A DNA stretch of 64,000 bases from Camelus dromedarius (taxonomy: Eukaryota): positions 48,858,001 through 48,922,000 of the forward strand of contig NC_087436.1 in the NCBI RefSeq assembly GCF_036321535.1. Reading direction: 5' to 3'. The position numbers and the translations under genes were made by a program. This document shows, piece after piece, positions 12,932-26,766 of the stretch; position 1 is the first letter of the stretch; every line of letters starts with the position of its first letter. The notes beneath the pieces are model-generated. The model ran no database searches, had not been told where the DNA came from, and was given only the letters and a program-made list of their open reading frames with translations.

Positions 12932-14745
12932 AATCACTTTTCATAGAATTTGATCAAGAATGTAAATCAGAATCTAATATCCAATGAAAAATAACTATAA
13001 ATTTGAATATTGCTTATTAGTGAGATTTAAGGTTACTTGAAAGAAACCTATCAAAAGCACTTATTTTATAAACAAAGAAAATTACTTTAAAACTTTTTTT
13101 TGGTTAGATCATTGTAATCCAACAATTACTCAGTTTTACAGCACACCATCTACATTAGATGAAAGCAGATAAGCATGACTGCAAAGCAATTTTCTGGGCC
13201 ATTTTATTTAATACTGCCTTTGGCAGCTTGGTTTTCTCTCTTTCTTTGTTTTGCTGAAAAAATTTAAGGGTGAATATGTCCCTAAGGGCACGGAAGTATT
13301 TAGTCAATAAAGTTGTTTAAAAAAAAAAAAAAAAAAAGAGGGCTTAGCCCTAATCTAATTTCTCCCCTGCAAAAAACCCTGCAGTTTTTCATGGCTAGTT
13401 TGTTCGATGTACACACTGCCACAAAAATACCTTTGATTTCTCATTGCAGTAGACACATCAGAGTAAAATCACCATGCAAAATAATTTGTTTTAGAGGACA
13501 TTATGCTAAATGAAGTAAGTCAAAGGCAAATACTGCATAATCTTACTTATATGTAAAAAATCTTTTTAAAAAACTCAAAAAATAAGTAAAATAGTTTGCT
13601 TTAAGATAAGGAATTGTCCTGGGAATTGAGTTTACTCTGTTACTATAAAATATTTGCAATGTGATCATATGTAAAATTTCTAGATATTTTTTCCTAGGAA
13701 GCATGTAAGTTCCCACTTAAGTATAGAGAATACAGCCAACTTTCTAAAATAATCACTGGTTTCAACATAAAATTAATTTAATAATTTTCTACAAATAAGT
13801 ATATTCACAGCTAGAAACATTATACTATTGATTACTAATACCATATATTTATGCCATTTAAGTAATGACAGTTTTCTATTTATGACTATACTTTCATCTT
13901 ATACTTAAGGATAATTTTTAAAAATTCTTCTGATGATCTAGTTTTGAACATATTCTTGCAGAGCCTGTGAACTATTGCAACTGCACAGCTATTAGGGACA
14001 TTTCCTTGCTTCAGGTATCTCTCTAATGTGAGTTAGGCCTAATTGAATAAAAATAATGAATGATTTTGAGTGTTGAGAGGAGCGGATTCAAAGCAAAGAA
14101 TAAAATAGTTCAATGTGTAGTCAAGGTGATTTTAATCATAAATTATCTGGGATAGCACAAAGAATGCCAATTTAAATGGAAATAAATAATAGTAATTAGT
14201 TTCCATCAGCAGAAAAAGAAGGATCTACATCATTAGTCTTCCCTCTGTCTCCTAAATGTGATTATAACATTTATAATTTTGAAAAATAAATCTTGGAAGT
14301 TTAGCAATATCAAGAGTTTTTAAGTTTAAAAACTAAGTTACTTAGAGTGAAATATTCAAAAGTGGTCTGGAAAGTCAATCCAGGAGGTAAACTATATGAG
14401 GAAATACCTCTTAGCAAATAAATATACAAAATGAAATGAATGTAGAACTGGTTTTGCATTAATTCTAAACAGACGTTGTCTTTCAGAGCTTTAAGAGTAG
14501 CTTATACATAACTGCAAATAACGCTGTATTTGGGGTTGCTTATTCATCTGTCTTCATTAGAAATGTTAAAAGCTAAAACTAAATATTTTATCGTAGATAT
14601 CTCTGCTTTAGAGCAAAGATTCTTCCCTATTCTTCATTGCTTCTGGATGGCGCCAACAGTAATTTTGCTCTACTTAAAATGGGTACTTATTGAAAATTCA
14701 CCTACTAATTGCTAATGTACAATTTCTGTAAATTTTCATTCAAAG

Positions 14746-15015
14746 CTGCCTCGTTCTAGAACTTCAAAGCCTGTTATTACAGTGCCCATTATTTGTAATA
14801 ATAAGAAAAACTCTAAAGGAAAAAAAGGAAAGAAATTCTTAGGGAAAGTCTTATCGTGAAATGGGTACATTTCCAGCCCTAAGAAAACCTGGGTGCTGCT
14901 GAAAACATCGCAGGACTGGGAAGGTGCTCCAGATTTGTTCCAGGAAGGTCTTGAATGAAAATGGTCCCATCCCAGCTACATTTCAACACAAGTTGGAATG
15001 TACCACCCTCACCTG
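14746..15015 (+). pseudogene. Fossil exon (270 nt, phase 0/0; 5' boundary uncertain)
   Basis: TTTTCATTCAAAG acceptor and CTG|GTACTG donor. Reads LPRSRTSKPVITVPIICNNKKNSKGKKGKKFLGKVLS*NGYISSPKKTWVLLKTSQDWEGAPDLFQEGLE*KWSHPSYISTQVGMYHPHL; both stops are TGA. Confidence 0.55.
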
Positions 15016-16142
15016 GTACTGGTTTTCAAAAATAAGTATTTCATTACTCACATAAACCTATTTCAATCTTTTGAAGCAATTCGATCTCTGAAACATGCTA
15101 GTAAACAATATGCACTTGAATGGATAATTTGAGGTTTCTTATCAGTGAATTCATAATATTCCTAAAACAAACCATGGTAACTTTCAAACTTGCCTAGTGC
15201 TATAATAAATGACTTAGTGGAGTCAGGAATAGGCCCAAATCTCCTTGATTGTCCCATAAATTCTGTTTGTTCATTTGTATACAGATAAAAATTTCCTAAT
15301 AATTTCACACTCGACATATGATCTAATTAAATTAAATTCAGATAAATTTAATTCCTCGCACAGACATTTCCTCACGTCAAATATGTTTATTTATTTTGTC
15401 TTAAAAAGCAACCCTATTAGAAGATTCCATGTAATCCACCCTAGATACACTGGCCATTAAAACCTTTCTTGGTAGTCGGTCATCATGGGCTCTCTTTGCA
15501 GAGTACTTAAAAACCTGGTCTATAAATAGGGTTCCTGAAGTCTAACCCTAAAGGATAGAACAACGCATAACATAATATTGGGAGGAATTACAACAAATCT
15601 AACTCCAAGAGAAAAAAAAGACTTTTAACTTTTTCTTTAATCACATGCCACAGTTAAGTACATGTAAAAAAAAAAAAAAAAAAAGGCACTGTATTTTCCT
15701 AAGAAGACAATCTGATTTCATGACTTAAAAACAGAAAAAGAAAATAAGAGATAAGAAACACAGTGAGCCCAACGCTATGTGGATTTAAGGTACCCAAGCT
15801 GTGTGCCCATTTACCAATGCTCCCCTCAGTAAAGAACTGCTGCCTCTGAAGTAGATACTGGCCTTGTACTTAGTCTTGTTGAGGACGTGGGGGTCATAAA
15901 GCTTGAACGTAATCTTGCTACCCTTTTTCAAGCCTTGTTTATAGCAAAGTGGTTCCAGATGATTTAGTTAGTAGTACAATGTTATACAACTGTGTCATTT
16001 TCACACCTGAGTTGATTAAAATTCAAAATAAATTTCTTCACTCAACCATTCTAACAGCCAAAACAAAACGCTCAGTCTCACTTTTCAGTACTTTGAAATA
16101 CAAATACATAATTGAAACTGCACACAACTAAGCTTTCTGTAG

Positions 16143-16416
16143 GAAAGAACTTTCTCTACTTCTCATGAACATAACATTCCAATCACCATAACGCATGTGA
16201 CACCAGGGCATCTTCCAGGAACCCTGAAGCTTTCTGGTGGCAGGGCAGGAGCCCTGGTGCAAACTATCAGCCAGGATTAGTACTAGGTGTATTCCTAGAT
16301 CATACCAATAACTATTCTGCAGCAATGTGGATATAAAGAAACTCAAATTACGTTGTTTGGTTTTCTCTATTTCCCTGGGAGTGGAGAGTAGCAACCTGTG
16401 AAACGGACTGTCAAAA
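16143..16416 (+). pseudogene. Fossil exon (274 nt, phase 1 in / 2 out), Trp/Cys-rich
   Basis: CTTTCTGTAG acceptor and AAA|GTGAGA donor. Reads KNFLYFS*T*HSNHHNACDTRASSRNPEAFWWQGRSPGANYQPGLVLGVFLDHTNNYSAAMWI*RNSNYVVWFSLFPWEWRVATCETDCQ. Confidence 0.6.
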
Positions 16417-16589
16417 GTGAGAGTCAATGTCTACCTGTGTATATTAGCATTGCACTACTATTCATTTTGTAGTTCTTGCCTTTTATCAAAATATCATTTG
16501 TTTTATAAATGGTCTCCAGAAATTTTCTGGTATTTTTGAAAAAGATGAACTGAGAAATATTTCAATATTCTTTATTTTCTTGATCTTTT

Positions 16590-18460
16590 CTGATATTTCT
16601 ACTTAAATTATATTTTTAACTTTTTATTTTGAAATAATTATAGACTCATAGAAAGTTGCAAAAATAGTGCATAGAATCCTGTGAACCGTTCATCCAGCTT
16701 CCCCAGTGATGATATCTTATAAAATTGCAGTACAGGGTGGGAGGGTAAAGCTCAGTGACAGTGTGTGTGTTTAGCACATGTGAGGTCCTGGGTTCAATCC
16801 CCAGTACCTTCTTTAAAAATAAATAAATAAACCTAACTATCCCTGCAAAAAAAAAAGACAAGCAAAAAACAAAACAAAAACAATAAGTAAAAACAAACAA
16901 ACAAACAAACCTCAGTACAATAACAAAGCTAGGAAATTATTGTTAGTACAATACTGTTAACCGCAGACCTTGCTCAGTTTTCACCAGGTTTAATACACCT
17001 TTTTTGTGAGTGTATGTACAGTTTTATGCGATTTGATCCCATGTATAGGTTCATATAACCACCTCATCACCACAATGGAGCTCCCTTGACAGCAGCCACC
17101 TCTCCACAGCCATTCTTGTTCCCTGCCAATCATTAACCTGTTGTTCTCCATCTCTCTAGTTTCATCATTTTGAGAATGGTAAATAAATGCAATCATATAG
17201 TATAGTTAATCTTTTGAGATGGGTTTTTTTCATTAATTGTAATGACTTTGAGATCCATCCAAGTTGTTACAAGAATGGATAGTCCACTCCTTTTTATTGC
17301 TGAGTAGGATTCTATAGCAAGGATACATCAGAATTTGTTTATTCATTCACTCATTGAAGGGTATTAGGGTTATTTCTAGTTTGGGGCTATTATGAATAAA
17401 GTTGCTATGCACATTTATGTGCAGGATTTTGTATGAATATAAGTTTTCATTTCTCTGGGATAAATGCTCAGCAGTGCAATTGTTGAGTCTTGTGGTAACT
17501 GTATCCATAGTTTTGTAAGAAACCACCAAACTATTTTCCAAATGATTGTACAATTTTACATCCCTACCAGCAATGTGTGAGTGATTCGGTTTCTCCACAT
17601 CCTTGTCAACATTTAGTCTTATTTCTTTTTTATTTTAGCCAATCTGATAGGTGTGTAATGATATCTCATTGTAGTTTTAATTTACATTTCCCTGATGGTT
17701 AAGAAGAAGAAAGTTTTTCATGTGCGTATGTGCCAACTGTATATACCCTTTGGTAAAATATCTGTTCATGTCTTTTACCTATTTTCTAATTGGATTCTTT
17801 TTTGTTTATTTTTTTACTGACGAGTTTTTAGAATTCTTTATATATTCCAGATTCAAATTCTGTGTCAGATTTGCATGTATTGCTGGTTTGCAAATATTTT
17901 CTTCTAATCTTTAGCTTGTTTTATCATCCTTGTAACAGAGCCTTTGGCAGAGCAAACATTTTTAATTTTGATGAAGTCCAACTACCAAAAATCTTTTATG
18001 AATTATGCTTTTGGTGACACGCATAAGAACTCTTTTTCTATTCCCAGCTCTCAAAGTTTTTTTGCATGTTTTTACATTTTCTTCTAAAGTTTATAGTTTT
18101 GAATTTTACATTTAAATCCATGATCCTTTTTGAGTTAACTTTTACATAAGGTATGCAATTTAGATATTCATTCTCTTTGCCTATGAATGGGCACTTGATC
18201 CAGCCACATTTGTTTAAAAAGATTGTACTCCCGTTGAATTGCTTCTATGTCTTTTTGTATGTTCTCTATTCTGTTCTAACATCTCTCTTTCCAATTATTG
18301 TAGCTATACAGTAAGTCTTAACACAGAGAATGATTCTCTCTATTACTCTTTTACAAATTTTTTCCATATAAAACTTAGAATAAGTTTGTCTATATCTACT
18401 AAAAATCTTGCTCAATTTTGATAAAAATTCTGTTAAACCTATAGATAAAATTTGAGGAGA
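16590..18460 (-). mobile_element. L1MB-type LINE fragment (with nested SINE)
   Basis: ORFs 16990-17196 and 17347-17598 resemble decayed L1 ORF2/3' UTR; tttttattttgaaataattatagactcatagaaagttgcaaaaatag 3' end. Confidence 0.85.
16735..16912 (+). mobile_element. tRNA-Ala-derived SINE (camelid-type) inserted in L1
   Basis: A box/B box head (gggtaaagctcagtg…cctgggttcaatccccag), A-rich tail, CAGTACA TSD (16728-16734, 16913-16919); same family as 28677-28798. Confidence 0.85.
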
Positions 18461-18578
18461 ATTTGATTAAATTATTTAAAGTGTCACTTCAAGTGAAATC
18501 TTAAAAAGTAGAAACTTTTTTAAAGGTTTAAATTTAAAAGGCTTAAATAAGTAAAAATGTAATGTATTACTATACAAT

Positions 18579-18797
18579 CACATTGATCCTCTAACAACTT
18601 GGGTTTGAACTGCACAGGTCCACTTACACATGGATTTTTTTCATGGTAAATAGTACAGTACTAACTCAATCTGTGGATGCAGAACTGCAGATACTAAAGG
18701 ATGCTGTATACCAAAGGCTGACCATAAATTATACAGGGATCTCTGACTGCAGGGAGGATTGGCACTCTTAACCCCTGTGCTGTTCAAGGGTCAACTG
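18579..18797. mobile_element. Tigger2-derived MITE (MER8-like)
   Basis: Ends cacattgatcctctaacaac… and …tgttcaagggtcaactg are degenerate copies of the TIR CAGTTGACCCTTGAACA. Confidence 0.7.
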
Positions 18798-20262
18798 CAT
18801 AATAAAATTGTGCATTTTACATTGTTCTCTTTTTCTTAAACTCTTAACATGCCACATGAAGAAACTAAACCTTTTGAAATTCCACATGAAAAAAGTAAGA
18901 CTGAAAAATAGAAACCTTTCTACTAGTCTTTATCTCATTATGTCACCTTCCTTTCAAATAAAGATTATAATAATCTATTAATTTTTTAAGTAAAAAAATT
19001 CACCTAATGGCTACTCATTAAAACCTATATAAAAATATTCCTACCACCAGAACTACCCCTCTTGTATTACCAAATACAATTAACTAGTAGCCTATAAATG
19101 ACTAACATTTTTACATAAGGAATGCCTAACGCTATAATAGGAAGAATTTGCCTAGTAAAAATTTACCCACCTCTCTGCCAGTTTCAATTCCTTCTACTAT
19201 TACTTTAGCTGACTTTTCTAAATTTCTACTAGAAAAGGAGATGAATTTAACACATGATCTGTTTTATATCATTCATATACATAATATATAATATAATATA
19301 ATAAGCATGTGATATATCTCTATCTCTGTCTCAGTCTCTACAACTATATGTCAAGTATTTGGCACTGAATCAAAAGAGCACCACTAAGCAAACAGCAAAC
19401 TTGTTCTTTGCAACTTTGTTATATTTTAAATGATTTAATATAAATTCTGTCCATATTTATATATACTGTCTTTTAGAGGCTTTTAGCTTCAGATTAAAAT
19501 GCAGTTTAAATAAGAGAGTGTATTACTTTTGGTGAAGCACCAAAATGCTTGTTGAGAACCTCAGTCTTGAAAGAAGAGAAAACAGTTATAAATTTGTAGA
19601 GTTCTGAGTCAAATATGGTCAGGTTTTGGATTTCACAGCTAAGTATAACTTAGAGAAACGAAAAACATTTATATTAGAAAATTTTTTCCCCAGAAAGTGG
19701 GGAGGAAAAAAAACCTTTGATCTCATTCTCTTGGTGTGTTTTTAGTATTTTAAATGCCAAAAAGTTCCAAATGTAACAGCCTTACAATCTAAAGTTATTC
19801 AATATAAACAAAAAAAGTGTTGGAGAGACTATATCCTTACCTTGTCTCACAGGAGAATAATTTTTTAAAAGTAAGAAAACAAATATGCTAATTTTTTTGA
19901 GTCTCATCCAGTGTGGTGAAGTGGAAAAAAAATAAGACTCTGAGACTAGTATTTCAGGAAAAAGAAGTTTCTTGAAAGAGACAGCTACTCTTATTTACAT
20001 TATCAAGGTATTTCTACTTTCAATTATATTTGCTAATATATTTGGCTTAAATTAGAAGTTTTCGTAGTTACCAAATGGTTCAGAGGTATGCATAAACTCT
20101 TATATTTGATGTACTCCATGCTAAAGGCCCCAAAATAACTTTTTTAGGTTATAAAAAAAAATTTAGAAAACTTTGATCTTGTTCATTTTGTTTTGGCGGT
20201 AAAAGTTTAAAATCAAAGCAGCCAACACATGCCCTACACCAGTTACCTATGGTAAGACTTCA

Positions 20263-20415
20263 CAGTCTGTGGTCCTCAAAAGCAGCAGAAGCAGTATTAG
20301 TTGATATTTCTTAGAAATGAAAATTCTAGGGCCCCGCTCAGACTCTAGTGTAGGGCCCACCAATCTATTTTAACAAATGATTCTGATGGATGTCCTAGTT
20401 TGAAAAGTAATGGTT
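20263..20415. mobile_element. MER5A-like hAT MITE
   Basis: gtggtcctcaaa…ttagaaatgaaaattctagggcccc…gattctgatg…agtttgaaaa. Confidence 0.55.
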
Positions 20416-22199
20416 TAGGACAATGAAGTATTCTTACACCCTGACTAGAGGTCCTAAGACAAACTTTTATGTTTTATTTTCCCCAAAAAAGGGCAATGTT
20501 TATATTTACTGATGAGACAATTCTTTGTTATGGTGACCTTTTAGCATTCCTGGCTTTCTGGCACAAATAGCAAAATATAGTGCTATTTACCACATCCCTT
20601 AGGGTTAGTAAGAACCTTGTTAAGAATCACTGATAGAGGGAAAGGCTCTGTTTAGTCCTTCCTTTCTCCACCTTGGATACAACTCCCTCCAAAGACCTTG
20701 ACCACATTCTTCCTTTGCTTACCTCAGTCACTTCTGCTGGAAAAGGAAAGGGTGATTTGGTTTGTTGAAGCATATAATAAAAGGGTGGAGGGAGGGCAGA
20801 GCCTTTGCACTGAGGCAAATTTTTACTAGTTACATCGTGTATCACTATCATATTTTATATTTTTCCTGATGTCAAGGATCAATTCATTCTTTTCAACCCC
20901 AAATATTATACAGAAAACAAATAGGGAAAAAAAGGGATTATTTCTAATGATTCTCATCAGGATAAGCTTTTAAATTTAAAAACTTTAGTCATCTATAATT
21001 GCTGTATGTAAAGTTTGATAAAAAGAAATATCTTATTCCTAATAGAGAATAATCTTCCACTAGGATTACAAAATTATACATTCCCTTAGAACCATAAATT
21101 CAATCAGTGGTTTATATAACAGTAACCAAAATATACCAGTTTGTAATTCTTGTTCTAAGAATTCATATATCTCTGTCCCTAGTAAATGAAATCTACTAGG
21201 TTTAAAGCCCTCTAGAAATGAGAGATCTTACTATATCCATCTAGTAAAACTCTGCTGTTCATTTTCTTTTTAACTCAGCTGTTAAGTATACACTCTAACC
21301 TGAGTGGCAGAGGGTGAGGGTGAACGAGTGGTGATGTTCAAGGTTTTTAGACACTATCCTCATATCAGTCTGCCTAGGAGTTAGTGCTCTCACACAGCTC
21401 AAAAGCAAAACTAAGGCCTCATGTATACCTAATTAGGCCATATTTCTAAGACAGTTGAACTCTGAATATAAGAATAGAAGAGATTATAACTGGAACAACA
21501 CCTATGCAACTATTTTCTTGTTGCCTTTATCTTCTATAAGGTCATGCTTCTGACTCTGCTCCCTCCTTGATGATTGATGTGATTATTAGGGTCTAGGAGC
21601 AACTCCTAATACAGGAACCATTCACCTAAAAGGTACTGAAGAACAGAGAGGGCATAGGGAAATATCGATGGAGTGAATGGCTTAGAGCAGTTCTATTCTA
21701 GGTCTTCAGGCAAAAGACTACGTCTATTCCTTCCTTCATACTCAGAGGGCAAAAATTCAAAGAGCAAGGAAGAGGTGCCTCTGGACATAACAAAAGGAGT
21801 CCTCAGGCTCATACAGTATTTACCCTAGTTCATAAGAGTAGGAAATCACAATTATTTGAGGCCAAATGGTCATAAAGAATATGCAATTGCCTGGATCCTC
21901 TCAGAGCAGGAAACTGTTGACTGAAGATTTTCTATCAGGGGACACAATTAACATTAACTTAAACATTTAATTTTTCACTTTTCATAATTCATCTTCTGTA
22001 GAACCATCTGATCACAATTACCTGCATATACTCTGAATTCAAAGATGAAAATAACTGCAAACAAACTGGAATTCAACTTAGTAGTTGTACTTTTCACAGA
22101 GATAAGCATAAAGCAATACTGAAATTACCATTCACATAGTGGAGGACAGAACAAATGAACAAATCTATAAGTGATGTTGGGTGCTATAACTTTTACTGT

Positions 22200-23470
22200 T
22201 GGAAGAGGTAGACATAGATATTGAATTCAGAAAAACTAGGAAGGATCTTGTGGTACTGGATTAGAATGAAAGGTGTCAGTGTAATAGACATATATATAGG
22301 TACAGCAGTAGACATTGATGTGATGATTATGCATGTGTGTGTATGTAGATGTATGCATACATTCATCTACTTCCTAACAGATGTATCTGTATACACATCT
22401 CTCTGCTGAGAGAACCTAGAAGCAACAACACTGTTAGCAATGAGCATACCTAGTGCCCAAATCTAATTTTCTCAATACCATCCTCTACTAAAAGGAACCA
22501 GGGCTCTCTGGAGAAACAGCTGATTCTAGGGCTGGGGCCGGGAAATGACAAAATGAGCCTGTAATACTTCATTATGCCAGAAATTAAGGACATAGTCATA
22601 CAATGGTTGGGGCATTTCCAAAGGCTCAGGAGCCAGCTTGAAGGCACTTACAACCTGGGACAACTTGAGCACTGAAATTAGTAAAGACAGTGATGGATTA
22701 TAGCTCATTTAATAAACCAAAAGTTCATGAGTCAATAGACAGTAAGAGAAAGAGAGAAGGAGAGAAAGAAAAAGAAAAAAAGAAAAGTTTCTTATAGTAG
22801 AGTGGCAACTAACAAACATAGAAATATGATGGAGTTGAAAAATCACCATTTTGAAACTACCATAGGCAAGAAGCATTAAATGAATATAAATCAGTGAGTG
22901 AAATTTTGAAAAGAAATAAGATATTATGTAGCCTCAAATATTTATCTCTCCACAAACTACTTATTAATTCAATAGAGCAAAATAGTAACATTACAGTAGA
23001 GGCACCTGGCAGACACCACCTTCAGCAAATGACCAAAGTCAATATCACTGAGCCCAAACTGACATAATATGCCTCCTGATAATGAGGCACTAAGAAAGAC
23101 GCAGTATCATTTCTGTGGTGTTCCTGCCCAAAATGCATAACTTGAATCTAATCATGAGGAAACATTAGACAAATCCAAACTGAGAGACAGTATACAAAAA
23201 ACTGGCCTGAACTCTTCAATAAAGTCTATGTTATATGAAAGACAAAGAAAGGCTGAGAAATTGTTTCACATAAAAGGAAAGTAAAGAAACATGACAACTA
23301 AATGTACTACAATCTACTGGATGGTAGGATAGATAATAGTATTACTGAATTAAATACCCTGTTTTGATCATTGTACTATGGCAATGTAAGAAAATGTTCT
23401 TGTTCTTAAAGGAGATAGTTAAGTATTTAGAAGCAGAGTCATGATGTCTGCAACTTACTCCCAAACAGTC
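22200..23470 (+). mobile_element. L1MC-type 3' region
   Basis: aggaaccagggctctctggagaaa…ctgattctagggctggg…, acctggcagacaccaccttca…, typical of L1MC 3' UTR. Confidence 0.7.
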
Positions 23471-23844
23471 CATGAAAAATATAATAATAATGACATAACA
23501 ATAAGAATGGTGATGTATATTAAATATTCAGTTCTCTTTTCTTAAAACTAAATAATCTCAATTATTTTAGTCTTTTAAATTTATATAAGACAAAATAATT
23601 GTCTGGTTTAAATAGAAATTTGGGAAGTTAAAAAAAAAGGATCTGCAGTCTCAATCCAATTCAATTTAATAAAAAATTATTGAGAACCTATCCACAGGGG
23701 TCCTTTATTTAAAGAGCTCACAGTCTATTGGAGAAGGAAAACATGCATATAAATATAGTGTAAAAGAAGTGTACTATAAGCATTCTAAATGAAGCGTAAG
23801 TAAGTACTAAAGAAATGTTGAGAGGGAATGCTAATTCTGACTGC

Positions 23845-24110
23845 TATATTAGTATTATTTAACACTTATTATTTACAGTTAGGCACTGTACTAAGTGTTT
23901 TATATATTCATTGAATATACCAACAATTTTATAAGGTAGGTATTATTATTATCCCCATTCTGCAGATGAGATCACTGAAGTACAGAGAGTTGTCAGTTTG
24001 AGAATACAGAGAATTCAGAGATTCTAGCTGAGGATCTGGCCATAGGTTATCTAGCTAGCTAAATGGTAGCTCTGATTTCAAACTCAAGCAGGCTGACTTC
24101 ATAACCCATG
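23845..24110 (-). mobile_element. MIR SINE
   Basis: aggcactgtactaagtgtttt…attatccccattctgcagatgaga…. Confidence 0.75.
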
Positions 24111-26766
24111 CAGAAGGCTCAATGAAAGCAGCAGCATTTGCCTTGATCCTTAAAAGATGAATACAATTTCAGTGGAATGGGAAATGGAAAGAAGAGTATT
24201 CAAGGCTGGAGGAAAAATGAAGGTGAAGGCATGGAGGTAGCAAATATAGATTGTATAATGGAAGCAGTAAAAAGTTCAGGGAATGGTTTGTAAGATGGAG
24301 GAAGAAAAATGGATGACAGCAGAGGATGAGAGATTAGATAGGCTTACAAAATATACGAGACACCATCATGAGAATTAATACAGTCTTTGATGGTAAAGAA
24401 GCTGATTCTTATAAAATGCACCACAATCTTGATATAACTCAGTGGAGTCAGTATAAGGAGTCAGTCTTTGAAACACCCAAACGATACCTTATTATAATAA
24501 ATTTCTCATAAAAGACAGTACCAGAAGACAAATCGTCAGAACATGTGTGTAGTGACCTCCACACCACTATGTACAATAATTTCATTTCACAAAGGTTCTA
24601 TTACTATGCAATATGGAAACTGCCAGACTTGAAAACAGAAAATCTAAAATGACACAATTCTACCTTAGCTAACAAGACTATAAACCTTTTAAGAAACAGT
24701 GAATAAAACGTGAGTGAGCCATGTAGCTCTGCTGTTATAATTCCATCTTTGTCATTATATTTATGAAAATAAGGTGATCCAATTAAAGGGATATAATGAG
24801 TAATATATTCCATGAACTCCATTAGCTATGCACTTCTAACCAGTAAAACGACCAGATATGAATGCTTAATGTCAAATTTTGAGTTGGTAGCAAATGTAAT
24901 TTGAGTGCTCATATTAATAAGTGAAAATATTCTTTTGCCTTCACAGTAAATTAATTATAGAGCAAAACATGTGGCACTTAAAAAGTTGTTTCCATTTCTT
25001 AATATAAATATTAATAAAAATCTCATTTTTATTTAGTAAATTATAGGTTTAACTCCTTCAGAATCTATACTATAACTGAAGAGTATACAAAATATAATTG
25101 CATGTATAATAAAGACAAACATTTAAATTTTGTAAAATGTCAAAAATTCTTAAAACATTAACAAATTCATTAGTGACTATTTTTCAAATATTTAATAAAA
25201 CACCAAAAAATGGATTTCATTTTTATAAAATATCTTTGCAGCAGAGTTCTTAACTATCCAACATAATCTTCCAGTTTGGAAGAATTCTAATTCTAATCTA
25301 ACTCTTGACTGACAGAACAGAATTCATCAGTGAGATACAGGCAATATTAGGAAGCAGCATAGAAAAGATGAATACAAAAAAGAAAGAGCATTTGAAAAAT
25401 GATTTTCAAAGAGCATATGATTTCAAAGAGCATTTGAAAAATCAAAACTTATATTTGGCTTAGTATAAAACTAAAGAATATGTGAAGATCTAATAAATAG
25501 AACAGTGAGCTATAAAAAAGTTCTTCACCTAAACAATAGCTAAAAGGGCATTTAAAATTCAACAATCATCCTTTACACGTACAACTGGATTTCTGAGAGT
25601 AAGGAAAACCCATAGGGCCTTAAAAAGGGGGAAAGGAACTAAAAAGCACTGTAATTATCTTGAACTGACACCACAGCTGCCTGGAAGGTATTTGCTGGGA
25701 TCCAGGCTTTAACAGCTAGACAAAGAAGACAGGCTAGTCCTTGACCCCTAGCATGGTGGAGAGTTGAAACTGGTATCACTACATGAAAGCCGAAACCTTG
25801 AAAAGCTATATTCATTATGAAAAGATGCATTTCAAAAAAAAAAAAAAAAAGTTCCATCAAACAGCAAAGGAAGACGATAAAAGTAAACTTTTCTGTTTAA
25901 ACCTCAGCCCCAGATAGAAAAGGCTGAAGGAATCTCAATCTGAAAAACTAATGATAAGTTCTAGTGCCTTCAGTTCTATACTTCAAGATGCCTCACACAA
26001 ACAAACATTAACTATTTCTGTGGGAATTCATTCCTAACCCAAGCCCCACAAGATTCTCAGATTTAGGTAACCCCAAAAATGAACTTATAATCGAAAATTA
26101 CAAAACTAACAGGGAAACAGAGCCAGTAGTCAAGTCAATAGAAACAACAAACAACGGAACTAGACTTCTATGGGCATCAGCTATTAGAAACAACAAATAC
26201 AGATTATAAAATCACTATGTTTACAAATTATAGCAAGAGGAAATTGAACATGAGCAGGGAAAAGTGTATTATCAAAGCAAACAAACCAAATATAATTTCT
26301 AGCAATAAAAAATATAATTATTTAACTGAAAACCTAACTATCAAAATATTTTTTTCAAATAACATTTTAAACAGTTGGGGGAAAATCATTATGAACTGCT
26401 TATTAGATGATCAACGAATTTTTGTTGATTTTTATTAAGTGTGATGACATGGAGATTATTTAAGATGTCAATATTTTTTAGATGGTCATACTATAGTCTG
26501 ACATGTTATCTGGGATAAGCTTCAAAATACTTCTGCAAAGAAAAATAAAAGGAATAGATGAAGCAAATGTAGGAAAATGTGGGAAATATTAAATTGAAGC
26601 AATGTGTATATGTAAAATTTTTAGAATAAAAATAAAATAAAAATGCAATGGATAGTATAATCATATCGTTGGATATAGCCAAAGAGAGAACTAGAGATCT
26701 AGAAGATGGATCTGAACAGCGTATCCAGATTACAAGTAAAATTCAAAAAAGAAGGAAAAAACTCAC

